Below, one piece after another: positions 62,983 to 64,000 of a stretch of DNA of 64,000 bases (its first letter is position 1; every line of letters starts with the position of its first letter). The notes under the pieces are model-generated. The model was not told the origin of the DNA. It searched no databases and saw only the letters and a list, made by a program, of their open reading frames with translations. Location: positions 104,844,001 through 104,908,000 of the forward strand of contig NC_058368.1 of assembly GCF_018350175.1 (NCBI RefSeq), given 5' to 3'. This DNA is from Felis catus (Eukaryota). Both the position numbers and the translations under genes were made by a program.

Positions 62983-63457
62983 TTTTTTTTTAAGGTTTCT
63001 TTATTTTTGAGAGAGAGAGAGAGAGAGAATGAGAGCGTGCACGAGCACAGGTGGGGCAGAGAGAGAGGGAGACACAGAGTCTGAAGCAGGCTTCAGGCTC
63101 TGAGCTGTCAGCACAGAGCCAGATGCAGGGCTTGAATCCACAAATCATGAGATCATGACCTGAGCCAAAGTCAGACTGTGCCTTGCTGACTGAGCCACAC
63201 AGGTGCCCCAGGCACTCCACATTTAGTAACTTTTCTAGCTTTCCTTTTCTTTTTTTCTTCTTCTTTTTAAAAACGTTTATTTATTTTTGAGAGAGAGAGA
63301 GAGTGGGGACGGTGCGAAGAGAGAGAGTGAGACAGAGGATCCAAAGCAGGCCCTTCTCTTTCAGCTCACAGCCCCATGCAGGGCTCAAACCCACAAACTG
63401 TGAGATCATCACCTGAGCCGAAGTCAGCGTAACCAACTGAGCCACTCAGGTGCCCCC
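62983..63457 (-). mobile_element. Two adjacent Can-SINEs (62983-63209, 63244-63457)
   Basis: TSDs ggcactccacattta and ctagc(t/c)ttccttttcttt. Confidence 0.9.
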
Positions 63458-64000
63458 ACTAGCCTTCCTTTTCTTTGTGTGTATTAGAACTTGATAGTCA
63501 TGTTAGAGGACAGGATGGGGCAAGAACTTGCCAGGAGAAATGCACCATCAAAAGTTTAGTTGTCGTTGCAGGAGTTGATCTAGCAAGATCACCCTTTGCC
63601 ATTACAAAGAAGCAAAACCCATTTTACCTGCTAATCTTCAGGTGCACTATTAGGCTTTATACCAAGAGGTGTCCTCTCTTCTGTTTATGGTAGCAGCCAA
63701 AACCCCATGTACAGAACATGAACTTGACTGCACTGACCCCCTTCACAGACTCCAACTCTACAAACGTTCTAAAGTACTTGGCTTTCATGAATTGTCTCAA
63801 AAGCAAAGTTCCTTTTATTTGCTTCTCCAAACCTAACTGAAAGTATTGCTTTCCTTAATGTCTCCTTGCTCCTCTTTCTCCAGATTTCTGAAACTATAAG
63901 ATCTCAGAATTGCCAATAGCTACTGATGTCTGCATATGCCCTGTCAGATTTTCTGCTGCAGGGACTGGGTTTCTGGCTTGTCCTAGTCTCTGGTTTTGCC

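Overview
Mammalian genomic DNA, very likely a felid, judged from dense felid-type Can-SINEs and carnivore L1 3' ends. Bases 1 to ~28,000 hold the last 11 coding exons of MEGF10 on the + strand: five EGF-repeat exons, the transmembrane exon, and cytoplasmic exons with NPxY and YxxL motifs, followed by a ~4 kb 3' UTR. The exon phases join into one open frame of 524 codons plus TGA at 24051-24053. The rest appears intergenic and repeat-rich (SINEs, young and old L1, LTRs, hAT elements, MIRs). I found no novel gene system, and nearly all other ORFs in the track are repeat-derived or chance. The most notable observations are a GC-AG intron in MEGF10, an L1 flanked by a 109-bp direct duplication, an older L1 with hallmarks of a 3' transduction, a SINE orientation switch across the transmembrane exon, and two co-oriented CTCF-like motifs. 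Repeat family names come from recall of consensus sequences, not from a search, and repeat boundaries are approximate.
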